Source: Desulfatiglandales bacterium (lineage in GTDB: Bacteria; Desulfobacterota; DSM-4660; Desulfatiglandales; HGW-15). From it: a stretch of DNA of 64,000 nt. The position numbers were made by a program, and so were the translations under genes. The notes beneath the pieces were generated by a model. That model searched no databases. It had not been told where the DNA came from and worked only from the letters and a program-made list of their open reading frames with translations. The stretch is from positions 352,001 to 416,000 of the forward strand of contig CAXXJJ010000004.1 in NCBI GenBank assembly GCA_963667015.2, read 5' to 3'. Within the stretch, counting starts at the first letter, position 1; each line of letters begins with the position of its first letter. Of the stretch, positions 41,223 through 51,122 are shown piece after piece.

Positions 41223-44200
41223 TTAATACAATGAGTTTAACTGGCTTGAAAGCCATGAACTCTGTGACTGTATTGTCGATATTGCCAGTTCCATGGCGAC
41301 AAAACGGTTAATCATCATTTCCATCTTCTGATCCAGCCTAGTCTGCATCCTATCAATATCATCATCAATCGCATCAATCCTGTCAGAGAGCGAGTTCTGT
41401 TTAAAACCTAAATATCCTTCATATGAATCGGTTATTGAGAAAAGTGTCCTGTCAAATAGTTCAGCTATTCCCAGTGTAAGTTTTAGATTTCCGATTTCTC
41501 CTGTTGTTGAGCCTGTGTATTTGATGATAAGACCGTCTATATTATCTGTACCACCATCGCCGGTGAGGTTCTGCCCTGATCCTGTCGCAGACTCTCCGTT
41601 TATGGTTCCTGCCACATCAAGCCCGTTATCCACGGTTACAGGAGTTGTCATGCTTCCGGTCCAGAGTCCTGAGTCAGTATCTTCCTCGATTGTAAAACTG
41701 TACTTACTGCCATAACTGTCATTTGTTAACTGAAGATGATCACTCCCATCATTGGAAGCGATTATATTCATGGCATATCTTCCCTCGTATCCTCCGCTGT
41801 TACTGGCAAGAACAGACCCGAAAATATCATTAGTGGGATTGGATGTCTGGGAATAATCGAAAGAAATTGATAATTTGCTGCCACCTTCAAAATCATCTGT
41901 TATAACCAGATGGCCGCTGCTGTCGATCGATGCAGCAACATCTCCAAAAGCTGATTCTATTTCTGAGAGAAGACCCTGAATTGTATCAGTGGCGGTATCA
42001 TCTATTGTATAGGAACCGGAAACCTCTACTCCCTTACGTGTTGTTCCTGAAAAAGTTATGATGTCGGTATTTGCAAGATTTGCTCCGTCAACCACACCCC
42101 ATGTAGTTGAAGCACTGACCGGAGAAGAACTTGCCGTAACAGCAGTGTCACCGGCTAATGTTTCTGTATAAACAGTATCAAACTCTGTATTGGCAGCATT
42201 AATAATATCTGCCATGGTCATTCCTGTTGTGAGTGATATTGTTGCTGTTTTATCACCATCTGTTATCGTAACTACTTCATCGCTTGCAAGTGTTCCGCTA
42301 ACTGCCGTATTACTTGTGGAACTGTTTTTAGTCGCCGCCTGGATTATATTAACAGTATATTCGCCTGATTCTGTGGATCTACTGCTTGAAATATATTCAA
42401 TAGTCCCTGAATCAGAAGATCCGGTTACTGAGAATAACTGCTGAATATCGTAAAAATTGGTCTCAAGAAAACCGTTTAATTTATCGCGGTCAACAGAAAG
42501 CTGCCCTTCATTATCAAGGTTGATGCCAACAAGGCCGAGTATTGAAAATTCCGAAGAAACTCCCCATATCGGTTCCACAAGCAGAGATGACAGGTCTGAT
42601 TTTATTGATGACAATGTCCCGTCACCAAAAAGAACACCACCTGTTGTCTCGTTCTCTTCATCATATGACTGCTGTTCATTTATATAGGCCGATACTTCAT
42701 TGTATGCATCCACAAATTCGCTTATTTTATCTGTTATTGCACTTAAATCCCTGTCGATATTAAGGGTGACAGTCGTGCTTGCATCGGAGTCCTTCAGGTT
42801 TAAGGTTACTCCAGTGATAACATCGTTAATGCTGTTATCACTGCTTGTAACTTCAACTCCATCTATTGTGACGGATGCATCCTCGCCTGCGATCAACTCA
42901 CGTTTTCTAACTGTATCAAGTACACTGAATGCTCCCCAGGCAAGGGTTCCTGAAGTTATATTTGAAGAAAGTGAAACTTCAAGCAAGCTTGTGCCTGTTT
43001 CCATATCTTCTACTTCAATAGTTCCGTCAGAAGTTACACGAGCAGTTACATCTCCGCTGATACTTTCAAAGGCTGATTCGACGGCGTCAAGCAGATCCTG
43101 AACTGTAGAAGAAGATCCTATTGAAAATGAAGTGCTTATAGCATTTCCAGTATGATCAAATCCGGTTATGTCTATTGAATCACCCGATGTCCATGCATAA
43201 TATCCGTCAATATCGCTTAAAAGGGTATCGACACTTATGTTTTCACCATTCGAAGTCATGGTGTTTGCTGATGCAGTTCCCTGAACATCGCTTACTCCCT
43301 TGGCAAGGACTCCTATAGTTTCAAGTATATTCTGATCATCTACAAATGTCTGTGTCCCGTCTATCTGAAGTTTATATTTCGTAGCACCGTCTTCTGTGTC
43401 TGTAATCAGCGACGCGGAAATACCGGTTAATGAATCAATCTTTGTCTTTATATCTTCCAGGGAATCAGCAGAGAGATCAATTGCAACACTCTGCCCGCCT
43501 ATCTGCACAGTTCCTGACTGGAATGAGGAAAGACCGAGAAGTGTTTTTATATCCTGAGTAGTACTGGAGAAAGTATCTGACTGGGCGCCTCCGGTTAAGC
43601 TGTTCTTTAAGGACGAACTGCCGTCCTTCCATCCGAAAAGCTCCAGGAGATCATTTGCTGAACCGTTCTGAAGAGATATTCCTGTGTCTCCCGTTTCACT
43701 GTTTGTCAGTATAAGCCGATAATCGTTTGTGCCGTAACTGACTATACTGGCGGTAACTCCCGTTGGATTTGTTCCTGAATTGGCATTGTTTATTCTGTTT
43801 CTTATGTCATCAAGACCATCGGTTTCGTTTATGGAGATGGTTTTGCCGTTTATTATTATATCTCCGGCGTAACTGCTTCCTATTGCATCTGAATAGCTGC
43901 TGAAAGAGGCGGAAGATAATTTCTGTGCTGTTGCTATATTATTCACCTGAATAGAATAGGAACCTGGTGACGCAGAGGATGTGGTAGAGATAGAAAGGAG
44001 GTCTTTGGCGTCAACATCATTATTGTCAGAAGACATGTTTGAGGTATATACAAAAAAATCATCAGGATTAGACAATGCCTGGGCAGAGCTTTTTAATGAG
44101 AGGAGGGTAGAATTGAAGGATCTCCACTCTGAAAGTTGTGTCTCATATTCATTTTTCTGCGATTCCTTAAGATCAACCGGTGCAGCTTCTATCGCAATCA

Positions 44201-44270
44201 ATTGGTCTATCATTGACCGCCAGTCAAATCCGCTGGAAAGACCGCTTATAAGGTTAGTACTTGTAGCCAT
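41223..44270 (-). CDS. fliD: Flagellar filament cap protein FliD (unusually long)
   Basis: ISGLSSGFD...IDQLIAIE N-terminus; FVDAYN, GVLFGD; C-terminal RFVAME...QSQSSWL. Confidence 0.93.
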   Translation of the reverse strand: MATSTNLISGLSSGFDWRSMIDQLIAIEAAPVDLKESQKNEYETQLSEWRSFNSTLLSLKSSAQALSNPDDFFVYTSNMSSDNNDVDAKDLLSISTTSSASPGSYSIQVNNIATAQKLSSASFSSYSDAIGSSYAGDIIINGKTISINETDGLDDIRNRINNANSGTNPTGVTASIVSYGTNDYRLILTNSETGDTGISLQNGSANDLLELFGWKDGSSSLKNSLTGGAQSDTFSSTTQDIKTLLGLSSFQSGTVQIGGQSVAIDLSADSLEDIKTKIDSLTGISASLITDTEDGATKYKLQIDGTQTFVDDQNILETIGVLAKGVSDVQGTASANTMTSNGENISVDTLLSDIDGYYAWTSGDSIDITGFDHTGNAISTSFSIGSSSTVQDLLDAVESAFESISGDVTARVTSDGTIEVEDMETGTSLLEVSLSSNITSGTLAWGAFSVLDTVRKRELIAGEDASVTIDGVEVTSSDNSINDVITGVTLNLKDSDASTTVTLNIDRDLSAITDKISEFVDAYNEVSAYINEQQSYDEENETTGGVLFGDGTLSSIKSDLSSLLVEPIWGVSSEFSILGLVGINLDNEGQLSVDRDKLNGFLETNFYDIQQLFSVTGSSDSGTIEYISSSRSTESGEYTVNIIQAATKNSSTSNTAVSGTLASDEVVTITDGDKTATISLTTGMTMADIINAANTEFDTVYTETLAGDTAVTASSSPVSASTTWGVVDGANLANTDIITFSGTTRKGVEVSGSYTIDDTATDTIQGLLSEIESAFGDVAASIDSSGHLVITDDFEGGSKLSISFDYSQTSNPTNDIFGSVLASNSGGYEGRYAMNIIASNDGSDHLQLTNDSYGSKYSFTIEEDTDSGLWTGSMTTPVTVDNGLDVAGTINGESATGSGQNLTGDGGTDNIDGLIIKYTGSTTGEIGNLKLTLGIAELFDRTLFSITDSYEGYLGFKQNSLSDRIDAIDDDIDRMQTRLDQKMEMMINRFVAMELAISTIQSQSSWLSSQLNSLY

Positions 44271-44329
44271 AATACCTCCATGTATTCTACACTGCTACAT
44301 ATGGGAATTTTATTCCCTTTATATCCATT

Positions 44330-44356
44330 ATATCGGAAAAAAATGCCAATAACTTA
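44330..44356 (-). promoter_or_regulatory. sigma28 promoter for fliD-fliS-flaG
   Basis: Minus strand TAAG-N15-TCCGATAT. Confidence 0.8.
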
Positions 44357-44456
44357 AAGAAAACAAATGCTTTATTGGAAATATGCAAACTATTTGCCAG
44401 AAAAGTAAAAATATTGGTTTATGGTGTGCGGTGTGCGGTTTAAGGTAAAAAAAACT

Positions 44457-44490
44457 AAAAACCCCGCAACCGGTTTTCCAGAAGCGGGGC
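44457..44490 (-). terminator. Rho-independent terminator after fliC
   Basis: Minus strand GCCCCGC...CTGGAAAACCGG...GCGGGGTTTTT. Confidence 0.7.
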
Positions 44491-44546
44491 TTATTTTCAA
44501 GTTATACTTTGAGCTTTTAGCTTTAGGCTTCTAGCTTAATACCCCG

Positions 44547-45653
44547 TTAACCAATCAGTGAAAGTATATTCTGCGGAGCCATATTCGCCTGAGCAAGCAT
44601 CGCAGTACCAGCCTGCATCAGTATCTGGGTCTTGGTAAAGGATGTCATTTCAGAAGCCATATCAACATCCCTGATTACAGATTCTGCTGCCTGGACATTT
44701 TCAATGGTTGTTGAAAGATTTGCAGCAGCATAGCCGAGCCTGTTCTGGATAGCACCGATTCCACCACGGGCATCATTCAATGTGTCAATAGCATTATCAA
44801 TGCTGGTGAGGAAGGTCTGTGCGTTTGTTGCTGAAAGCATCTGATCTGAATCCAGGCTCAGTGTGCTTGTGCTTACACTGTTCAAGGTTATTCCGATACG
44901 GTCATCAGTGGTATTCTTCGCACCTATCTGGAAGTTAGAGGCAGTTCCTGCATTGGCTACAATATTTCCATCGGAGGCACCATCAAGATCTTCGGTGATT
45001 CCAAGCTTCAGACCAAGCGCTGCAAATGTAACACTTGTATCACTTGTTTCATCTACACCTGATACTGTCTGAGTAACTGAACTTCCGCCTACAGTAGCAG
45101 TTACAGTGATAGAAAAAGATCCTGTACTACCTGTTACTGAAACGCCATATGTTTGGCCATCCAGAAGGCCGTTAGCGGATGATATTCCTGCCGACGCTGT
45201 AAGCCCCTGAGTTGTATCCTGTGTTACACCGAAGCTGCCGTTTAAGAGTTTTGTCCCGGCATATTCGGTTGCATTAGCAATACGATCGATTTCATTCAGA
45301 AGGGCATTGCCTTCATCATTAATCTTGTCAAGGTTTGATCCTGCATTTGCTGAAGAGGCCTGGGTAGCAAGTTCTTTAAGCCTTACAAGCATGTTGCTGA
45401 CCTGGTCGTATGCACCTTCAGCAACCTGTGCCAGTGCGTTTGCTTCTGATACGTTTCTGCTGGCAACCTTGTAAGAAGCAATATCAGCTCTGAATGCAGA
45501 TGAAATAGCCAGACCAGCGGCGTCGTCGGCTGCCTTGTTGATCCTGAAACCGGATGACAGTCTTTCCAATGATTTTGACATCATTGAGTCTGTCTGTGTA
45601 AGGTTTTTGTGGGCGTTCATTGCCGCGATGTTGTTTTGAATTCTTAATCCCAT
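44547..45653 (-). CDS. fliC: Flagellin
   Basis: SLERLSSGFRINKAADDAAGLAIS; GAIQNRL; ESVIRDVDMASEM..FTK.QIL.QAG.AMLAQAN. Ser/Thr-rich variable core. Confidence 0.99.
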   Translation of the reverse strand: MGLRIQNNIAAMNAHKNLTQTDSMMSKSLERLSSGFRINKAADDAAGLAISSAFRADIASYKVASRNVSEANALAQVAEGAYDQVSNMLVRLKELATQASSANAGSNLDKINDEGNALLNEIDRIANATEYAGTKLLNGSFGVTQDTTQGLTASAGISSANGLLDGQTYGVSVTGSTGSFSITVTATVGGSSVTQTVSGVDETSDTSVTFAALGLKLGITEDLDGASDGNIVANAGTASNFQIGAKNTTDDRIGITLNSVSTSTLSLDSDQMLSATNAQTFLTSIDNAIDTLNDARGGIGAIQNRLGYAAANLSTTIENVQAAESVIRDVDMASEMTSFTKTQILMQAGTAMLAQANMAPQNILSLIG

Positions 45654-45656
45654 AGT

Positions 45657-45736
45657 TTTAATCCTCCATGATTAAATAAATATGTTTTATGTGGCGGTTA
45701 TAAAATAACCGTGGTGAAAATATTGGCATCCTTGCC
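45657..45736 (-). promoter_or_regulatory. Two GGA-loop hairpins in the fliC 5' UTR (CsrA/RsmA-type sites)
   Basis: mRNA GGCA-AGGA-UGCC (45725-45736) and UUUAAUC-AUGGAG-GAUUAAA over the RBS (45657-45676). Confidence 0.7.
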
Positions 45737-45806
45737 TGAGTTTTTGTGGAATATTACAGTCATAAACTCACCTGCCTTTCCTCCACTTACTCTGTATTTA
45801 AAAGTA

Positions 45807-45833
45807 ATATCGGGATTAAGCTGAATTAACTTA
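45807..45833 (-). promoter_or_regulatory. sigma28 promoter for fliC
   Basis: Minus strand TAAG-N15-CCCGATAT. Confidence 0.85.
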
Positions 45834-45929
45834 AATATTTTTTTGAAGTTATTATTAAAAAAATGAAAAGATTTTTATAAATGATGAAATAGGAGTGTTT
45901 ACAGGTAGATAGGTTGATTAATGAAGGGG

Positions 45930-47447
45930 TTAGGGGAGGGTAAAGCGTTTTTCAGCGGCCATTTTATAAAGATATTTTGCCTCTTTTTCTTTTCCAAGTC
46001 TCATCAAAAGGTCTCCTGATCTGGAAAATGGGATATCATACTCTGAAAATATAGTGGCTGCTTTATTATATGTATTAAAAGCTTCTATTATCTTTCCCAG
46101 TCGGGCATACTGATCACCTAAAAGGATATAAGCTTTTATAGAATGCGGTTGTATATGGATTGCTTTTAACAGAACTGAAACAGGATCTTTTGATATCTGG
46201 GATTGGTAAAGGTATGGAAGATAATTATCAGGTTCTATATTAGACCCTTTTTTAAAACATTTTACTGCATGTGAGTTTTTTTCTGGCTCCTGCATTAATA
46301 TCAGCCCTTCAAACAGTTGTTTTTCAAATTCGGTATTTGATAAGATGAGGAACCTTCCCTCTAATAATGCTCCTGGAAAACAACTCCATTTATTGAAAAG
46401 ATCTGCGCTTTTATTCCGTGTTTTTAGGTCCTTCAGATAAAAAGAGAGTCTTTCTGTATTATGGTCAACCTGATGCCTGCAGGAAATTACGTAATCCCTT
46501 GCCTGTTTGGATACATTCTTAATTATTTCACGATTGTTGGCTAAATAATTCAGTTTTTTAGTTAACTCTAATACATTTTTATATAAAAAACCTGTTCTCC
46601 CATTGATTACCGTATCTTTATATGGAGCTATATCAGCCAGGACTGGAACAACGCCAGAAACAGCATATTCAAGAAATTTTACATCTGAACGGGACCTGTT
46701 AAAAGGTGTATCATTTAGAGGCGCAATACCTACATCAATTGTAGAAAGAAAATTATAATAATCATCTATAGAGCCTGTAGAAAAATATCTTATTCTATTT
46801 TTTGGCATACTATTGAATAAGTCAAATATTGGCTTTGAACACATTAAATGCAGCTTCACATCAGATCTGGACAGAACCCAGTCTATTAATGGTTTGACCA
46901 CTGTATTGATATCATCTAAATGCCCGTGTGAACCACCCCAACCGATAGTAAGGTTATTATCATATTGTTTTTCTTTAATAGAAGAGACGCTTATTAATTG
47001 ATTTGTGAAGACCCTTTTATTTGTATTTAGAGTTCCATATAGTTTTTGCAGCTCAGGTACACTAAATTGAAGCCCGTCACAATAATTGGCTAGTTTATAG
47101 ATCAGCCTTATATTTTCCTCGTTTTTATAGAAATTATAGACCGGATTCCATGGCTGAAGGCCATTCATATCATCGGCTATTTCAAAAAAGGTTGGTATCC
47201 CCAGCCTTTTTCTTTCGGCGATGACAGGCAGCATATCCGAATCACATATATCGTTTAGTATTAAAATATCAGAATGTTTAACTACCTCATCCAGCTTGGG
47301 ATGGAGCCTGGATATGCTGACAACAAAAACATTTTCTTCCCTGGACATGGCAAGCCCGGGTGAATAGGTTCTGTAATAGTAATCGCCACTGCTGAAATTT
47401 TGTGGAACATCAACAACGGCAATTAATAAAGGTTGATTTGATATCAC
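45930..47447 (-). CDS. GT-B (family 4-like) glycosyltransferase with C-terminal TPRs
   Basis: IGWGGS, DVGIAPL.DTPFNRSRSDVKFLEY...GVVPV...PY...GRTGFL; TPR-like helices at the C-terminus. GTG start. Confidence 0.85.
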   Translation of the reverse strand: MISNQPLLIAVVDVPQNFSSGDYYYRTYSPGLAMSREENVFVVSISRLHPKLDEVVKHSDILILNDICDSDMLPVIAERKRLGIPTFFEIADDMNGLQPWNPVYNFYKNEENIRLIYKLANYCDGLQFSVPELQKLYGTLNTNKRVFTNQLISVSSIKEKQYDNNLTIGWGGSHGHLDDINTVVKPLIDWVLSRSDVKLHLMCSKPIFDLFNSMPKNRIRYFSTGSIDDYYNFLSTIDVGIAPLNDTPFNRSRSDVKFLEYAVSGVVPVLADIAPYKDTVINGRTGFLYKNVLELTKKLNYLANNREIIKNVSKQARDYVISCRHQVDHNTERLSFYLKDLKTRNKSADLFNKWSCFPGALLEGRFLILSNTEFEKQLFEGLILMQEPEKNSHAVKCFKKGSNIEPDNYLPYLYQSQISKDPVSVLLKAIHIQPHSIKAYILLGDQYARLGKIIEAFNTYNKAATIFSEYDIPFSRSGDLLMRLGKEKEAKYLYKMAAEKRFTLP

Positions 47448-47451
47448 TTTA

Positions 47452-50400
47452 CTATTGTCCTGTAGAGGAATTATATGTGTCCAACTGTTTAATAATGCTG
47501 CTAATTTTTGAAGAACAGTTAATGTCTTCTTTTAGATAGGTGCCTACCTCTATAAAAAGATTCTTAAGATCAGAGAACCCGCTGATAGCTCTATTCCTGT
47601 CAAGCCCTAAACACTCCAGTAACGTATCACAATACCTTACATGTGATTCAATATCCCCTGATTTAAGTTTCAGTTCACACATCGTAAGTATATTGGATGC
47701 GTCATTCCCTTTAAGTTCAAGAGCCTTTTCAATAAAAACCTGGGAATCATCATACTGTCCAAGAGAATACGTAATTTCCGCCAGGATACTCCATGCTTCA
47801 GATCGGTCAGGTTCTGCCTCAGCCGCTTTCATATAACATTGAAAGGCAGATTCAAGGATGCCTCTTTCCAGGAAGCTATTTCCAAGTTTTAGAAGATAAT
47901 GGTAAAAGGATGAATCAAAATTATTAATATTATTAATTAATGTAAAGGCTTTATCATTAAGCCCTTTTTCAGTGTATAATGTGAATAGTCTATTAAAAAT
48001 AAAGTTTTCTTCTGTTCCTATTTTAATAACCTTTTCAAGAGCAATAATTTCATTATTAGCTGATCCGCATTTGTTGTAGTATTTTGCCAGCATATACCAT
48101 GCTCTATACTCATCTGGAGCTTCCTTAATTGCGAGTTCAAGAAAGTGGCCTGCTTTTTCCAGATCACCGGTTTTATCCATATGGTAGGTTCCGATATTCC
48201 ACCAGACCTCCCATTTGTTTTCTGCAGTATTATGTGCCAGGTTATAGTATTTTTCCATTTGTGCAAATTCTGCCGTATTATAGGCAGCATGTCCCATTAG
48301 TAAACATACTGCAGGACCTTCATTCATGGTATTATTAATGGAAAGGCCTGCATTTCCGGGATTCTCTTTATGTTTTTCCAATATGCCAAGGAAATTCTCG
48401 CCATATCGAATCACTTCATTCCACTCCGCCTTTTCAGCAGCCATCATTGCCAGCATATAATAGGAATCCATATGGTCAGGATATTTGTCCAGCGATTTCA
48501 GAGCGTATCTTTTACCCAGGTCAATATCATCCAGAGTGAATGAAGTCATTGATGCTATGAAATGAGTCCACGCATAGAGCGGATGATTGTCATTGTGTTC
48601 ATCAGAAAGCCGGATAGCAGTTTTTGCTTCCTCCAGGGCGTCCTTATTCATGCCTTTTGAAAAATAAGACACACTAAGATAATGATGATATTTGGGATTC
48701 TCAGGATCATTTTCAATTTCTTTTTTGAGCAGGTCTGATGTCCGTTTAAACTTTTGTAGAGACTTTTCCTCATCGACATCATAACCATAATGCCAAAGTT
48801 CGATAGAGGAATAAAAAGCTTTTGTACCACCAATTATTTGATTGTGAACACTTCCTTCATAATGGATTACACCGTTATTTTTAAAAAGTCTTTCAAAATT
48901 ATGAAGTGATTTTTTAGTTCCGCTGGCGTAGCTGCAAAATATATTTACATAAATTATGTCAGCATCTCCTGCATTTTGAATAGCCTCACGGATTCTTATT
49001 CCACTTCCCTCCATTAGTTCTTCGTCACCGTCAATCTGAAAAACCCAGTCACAGGTTGCATACTGCAATGCCTGGTTTCTTGCTGTGCTGAAGCTGTTTT
49101 CCCATGGATGAAAATAGATTTTATCAGTATATTTTTTTGCTATCTCTACTGTACTGTCTGTTGAGCCCGTATCGACTATTATCAATTCATCAACATAATC
49201 TTTTACACTTGCCAGGCATTTATCCAGAAATTCCTCTTCATTCTTGACGATCATACAGCAACTTACTGTCTGTTTTCTCGAATTATCAGGATTCAGTTGA
49301 GTTAAAATATTTTCTGTTGTTGAATCATCAGGATTTATTTTGTGCGCTTTTTCAAGGTATATCCTTGCTCGGTTATTTTTACCTCTACTATGGAAATAGA
49401 GTCCAGCCGCTCTATATACCTGAAATGATTTTTTAGGTTTTTTTGCGGCGTTATTAAAAAAATCCTCTGATTTTTTTTCTTTTCCTGTTTCATAACTGGC
49501 TATTCCCATCAGAACGAGAATGTTCCAGTCCATACCCAGAGTAGAAGATACTAAAATGCCAAATTTATCAGGATCTTTTTCAAACAGTTCGCATAATTCT
49601 ATATATTTTTTTCCGTAGCTGATTACATCATCCCATTTTTTAAGTTCATGATTGACTAAAGTCAGGATGAAGTAAGAGTCAATATGATGATCATTAATCT
49701 TAATGGCTTCCAGAGATATTAATTCTGCATTGTTATAATCCTTTAGCTGATAATATGCCATAGCCGCATTATATCTTGACCAAAGATAGATCGGATTTTT
49801 GTCATTATGCTTTTCTGCCAGCCCAATTGCCTTAGAACTTACATCCAGAGTTTCATGATATAGGCCTTTGGGTAAATAGCAGCATCCAAGATAATGGTAG
49901 GGAAGGGGATTGTCTGGCGTGTCCTCTATATCCTGTTTAAGAAGAGAGACCCGTCTATGGTATTTCTTTTCCGATAGTTCAGCATCGGAAAGGTCATACC
50001 CGTAATGTAACAGACCGATCAGATAGATTTGTGGATTTTTAATGCCTGTAAGTCTGTTATGAACACGACCCTCATAGTGTATGACACCATTATTTCTGAA
50101 AATACGCTCGGCATTATGGCGGCTTTCATCCTCTCCCTTTTTGTAGGTACTGATAATCTGTATCATGATTGCATCGATATCAGGATTTTTAACTGCTTCC
50201 AATACTGTCTTTTTGTCTTTTTTTATTAGTTCTTCATCAGCATCTATTTGAAAAATCCAGTCACCGGTAGCATATTCAAAATAATGATTTCTGGCTTCAC
50301 TGAAGCTGTTCTGCCAGGGGTGAAAATAGACTTTATCTGTATATTTTCTCGCGATATCAACCGTTTTATCCTTTGAACCGGTATCAATAATTATTATTTC

Positions 50401-50580
50401 ATCTGCAATATCTTTTACACTCTTTAGACAGTTGTCCAAAAATAGCTCTTCGTCTTTAACAATCATGCATACGGATATGGTTGGATTATTTTTTTGTTTC
50501 ATAGTGGCAATTGTATAATTGCCAATATCAGTTTTCTTCAACTGTTTTTTCCTTTTTCTATTGTTCTTTGATTTTTTCAT
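47452..50580 (-). CDS. Tandem (GT2 plus TPR) x2 glycosyltransferase, probable flagellin O-glycosyltransferase
   Basis: Two copies of S.CMIVK.EE.FL..CL.SV...DE.II.DTGS.D...FS.ARN...DW.FQID.DEEL...HYGY, each followed by TPRs; two genes upstream of fliC. Confidence 0.9.
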   Translation of the reverse strand: MKKSKNNRKRKKQLKKTDIGNYTIATMKQKNNPTISVCMIVKDEELFLDNCLKSVKDIADEIIIIDTGSKDKTVDIARKYTDKVYFHPWQNSFSEARNHYFEYATGDWIFQIDADEELIKKDKKTVLEAVKNPDIDAIMIQIISTYKKGEDESRHNAERIFRNNGVIHYEGRVHNRLTGIKNPQIYLIGLLHYGYDLSDAELSEKKYHRRVSLLKQDIEDTPDNPLPYHYLGCCYLPKGLYHETLDVSSKAIGLAEKHNDKNPIYLWSRYNAAMAYYQLKDYNNAELISLEAIKINDHHIDSYFILTLVNHELKKWDDVISYGKKYIELCELFEKDPDKFGILVSSTLGMDWNILVLMGIASYETGKEKKSEDFFNNAAKKPKKSFQVYRAAGLYFHSRGKNNRARIYLEKAHKINPDDSTTENILTQLNPDNSRKQTVSCCMIVKNEEEFLDKCLASVKDYVDELIIVDTGSTDSTVEIAKKYTDKIYFHPWENSFSTARNQALQYATCDWVFQIDGDEELMEGSGIRIREAIQNAGDADIIYVNIFCSYASGTKKSLHNFERLFKNNGVIHYEGSVHNQIIGGTKAFYSSIELWHYGYDVDEEKSLQKFKRTSDLLKKEIENDPENPKYHHYLSVSYFSKGMNKDALEEAKTAIRLSDEHNDNHPLYAWTHFIASMTSFTLDDIDLGKRYALKSLDKYPDHMDSYYMLAMMAAEKAEWNEVIRYGENFLGILEKHKENPGNAGLSINNTMNEGPAVCLLMGHAAYNTAEFAQMEKYYNLAHNTAENKWEVWWNIGTYHMDKTGDLEKAGHFLELAIKEAPDEYRAWYMLAKYYNKCGSANNEIIALEKVIKIGTEENFIFNRLFTLYTEKGLNDKAFTLINNINNFDSSFYHYLLKLGNSFLERGILESAFQCYMKAAEAEPDRSEAWSILAEITYSLGQYDDSQVFIEKALELKGNDASNILTMCELKLKSGDIESHVRYCDTLLECLGLDRNRAISGFSDLKNLFIEVGTYLKEDINCSSKISSIIKQLDTYNSSTGQ

Positions 50581-50754
50581 TCATTTCTCCTGCAGATCAG
50601 AAACTTATTGGAGTTTAAGTTGAAAGGTTTTAAGTTACTTGTTCACTTATACAAAGCTTTTGCTTTGAAATTGTCTGGTATTTGAAGAGTGAGTAGTAAG
50701 ATTATTAAATTATATAAAAAGTGTCTATTTAGGCAGAGATCATATCTATTAAGC

Positions 50755-51111
50755 TTATTTATTAAAAATGGTATGTTCCATAATATCACGCGGAGTGATA
50801 ACTTCAACAAGGTAGTTATTCTTATCTATTACAGGAATCAGTGATATGTTTTTCTGTTTGAAAATATTGAATGCCTGGTTTAAATCGACTTGATTTAAAT
50901 AAATAAACGAAGGTTTTATAAGCTTTTCAATAGGAGCATATATTGATTTACCTTCAACCAATGCGTGTATGATATCTCCAAGCGTAAGTACACCGATGAC
51001 CTTTTCTGTATCACCTAAAACGATAACACCGCGTTCGCGGATAGTTTCAATAACATTCATTACTTCAAGCAGAGTATACTTTGTCGTAACACAAAAATCT
51101 TCTTTTTTCAT
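50755..51111 (-). CDS. CBS-pair-only protein
   Basis: VIGVLTLGDI and IPVIDKNNYLVEVIT..DI CBS motifs; 118 aa. Confidence 0.85.
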   Translation of the reverse strand: MKKEDFCVTTKYTLLEVMNVIETIRERGVIVLGDTEKVIGVLTLGDIIHALVEGKSIYAPIEKLIKPSFIYLNQVDLNQAFNIFKQKNISLIPVIDKNNYLVEVITPRDIMEHTIFNK

Positions 51112-51122
51112 ATCTCACCTCA

